Under the pieces are notes generated by a model. It did not search any database. It worked only from the letters and a program-made list of their open reading frames with translations, and was not told the DNA's origin. A DNA stretch of 26,150 bases, taken from IMG/VR virus record IMGVR_UViG_3300037042_000843, positions 1-26,150 of that record. The stretch is one strand, 5' to 3'. The translations under genes and the position numbers were made by a program. Numbering within the stretch: position 1 is the first letter of the stretch; each line of letters starts with the position of its first letter. This DNA is from a virus. Lineage: Duplodnaviria > Caudoviricetes. Positions 25,445 to 26,150 of the stretch are shown in pieces.

Positions 25445-25531
25445 TTACTGTAACCTAGTATATTTATCAACTAATGCGCTCATTATTATCAAAACTACTG
25501 CTATTGCGCATATTATTATTGCTTTGCTCAT
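25445..25531 (-). CDS. Possible 28-aa single-helix membrane peptide
   Basis: MSKAIIICAIAVVLIIMSALVDKYTRLQ. ATGA overlap with the upstream stop codon. Confidence 0.5.
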   Translation of the reverse strand: MSKAIIICAIAVVLIIMSALVDKYTRLQ

Positions 25532-25803
25532 GGTTTTTTAAATTTAGGACTGCATCCCAGCAGGATCGTAAACCTGAACGACTGCTTTAAAAAACTTCTA
25601 TTGATCTTGTACACCTTAATAGTGTCTGCCACTATCTCCTCAAACACGTCCTCCTCTATCTCGTAGTCTAAGAACGGTATGACCTTCTGTCCTTGCTCGT
25701 TAACAGTCGCATTTTCCAACAGCTCGTCAAACGATGCTGGAGGTGTAGCGTTTGCATACAGCTCTCTGTAGCAGTGCATCATTGCTTTATCTATATTTTT
25801 CAT
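25528..25803 (-). CDS. Hypothetical protein (91 aa)
   Basis: ORF track. ATGA coupling with the glucosaminidase gene. Confidence 0.7.
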   Translation of the reverse strand: MKNIDKAMMHCYRELYANATPPASFDELLENATVNEQGQKVIPFLDYEIEEDVFEEIVADTIKVYKINRSFLKQSFRFTILLGCSPKFKKP

Positions 25804-26150
25804 CTCTTACTTATTTTAATAACCTTGTTAATATAATCTGGGTCCTCAGCATAGTTGTCAGACAAGTACTCTAGGTATCCATTCTCCGTCTTTATGTCTC
25901 TAAGAAACGCACTTTGATATAAAGCATAGTCTATTGTGGACATCATCCAACTGTCATACATAGCGTGCCCCCTAGATGTAGACAAAGCTGTAGTAGGTCT
26001 TGACATCGCCTTTTTCATCCCAAAAAGATTGTTACTCTCTAAAAATATCGTTGACTTAAATCCTCCAGTCTCTAGCACAGCCTGGGCGTACACAATATCA
26101 GGGAATTTAATCCCACACAACTTAATGTACTTGCGCAAGTTATCAGGACT
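25800..26150 (-). CDS. GH73 glucosaminidase-like peptidoglycan hydrolase (5' end outside the window)
   Basis: AQAVLETG, NNLFGMK and YAEDPDY (YATDPxY-like). The frame stays open to the window edge. Confidence 0.85.
   Translation of the reverse strand, partial: SPDNLRKYIKLCGIKFPDIVYAQAVLETGGFKSTIFLESNNLFGMKKAMSRPTTALSTSRGHAMYDSWMMSTIDYALYQSAFLRDIKTENGYLEYLSDNYAEDPDYINKVIKISKR

Noticed and set aside
25471-25520. 30-bp-period imperfect direct repeat as a regulatory element
   Set aside because: It lies within the 28-aa hydrophobic ORF and is explained by repeated Ile-Ile-x-x-Ala codons.
1-26150. tRNAs, CRISPR arrays, introns/inteins, reverse transcriptase/DGR, stop-codon reassignment
   Set aside because: No cloverleaf, spacer-repeat array, intein or RT motif was seen. 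Genes tile densely under the standard code with all three stop codons in use.

Overview
A 26 kb segment of a tailed dsDNA phage genome. A Bacteroidota (Flavobacterium-like) host is inferred from TAnnTTTG promoter boxes, A-rich translation starts without Shine-Dalgarno motifs, a DUF3127-type SSB and a BT4734/VirE-N-type primase. Two arms converge on a bidirectional terminator at about 13.7 kb. The + strand arm (1-13692) is a late virion module: Ig-domain tail protein, tail hub/nozzle-like protein, GNAT-like protein, two putative ejection proteins and a 3226-aa polyvalent protein with zincin HExxH, ART-like and LPD38-like parts. The - strand arm (13743-26150) is an early/replication module: metallophosphoesterase, DUF3310-like protein, class II RNR, VRR-NUC, SF2 helicase, primase-helicase, SSB, lambda-exo-like nuclease, GH73 glucosaminidase and many small ORFs. 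The most striking observation is that the giant gene appears to carry extra coding layers. (i) A 60-aa basic protein resembling a phage 'MPLKK...Q.VAIALS' family is nested in its +1 frame (6950-7132). (ii) An A10 run plus an in-frame A_AAA_AAG slippery heptamer open into a start-less -1 frame with clean coding-like codons (4218-4358), suggesting a frameshifted ~115-aa product. (iii) There is a possible second +1 nested ORF (7580-7690). (iv) Repeated 'RKQ' linkers delimit AT-rich cargo modules. All family assignments are from motif recognition by eye; no database searches were run.
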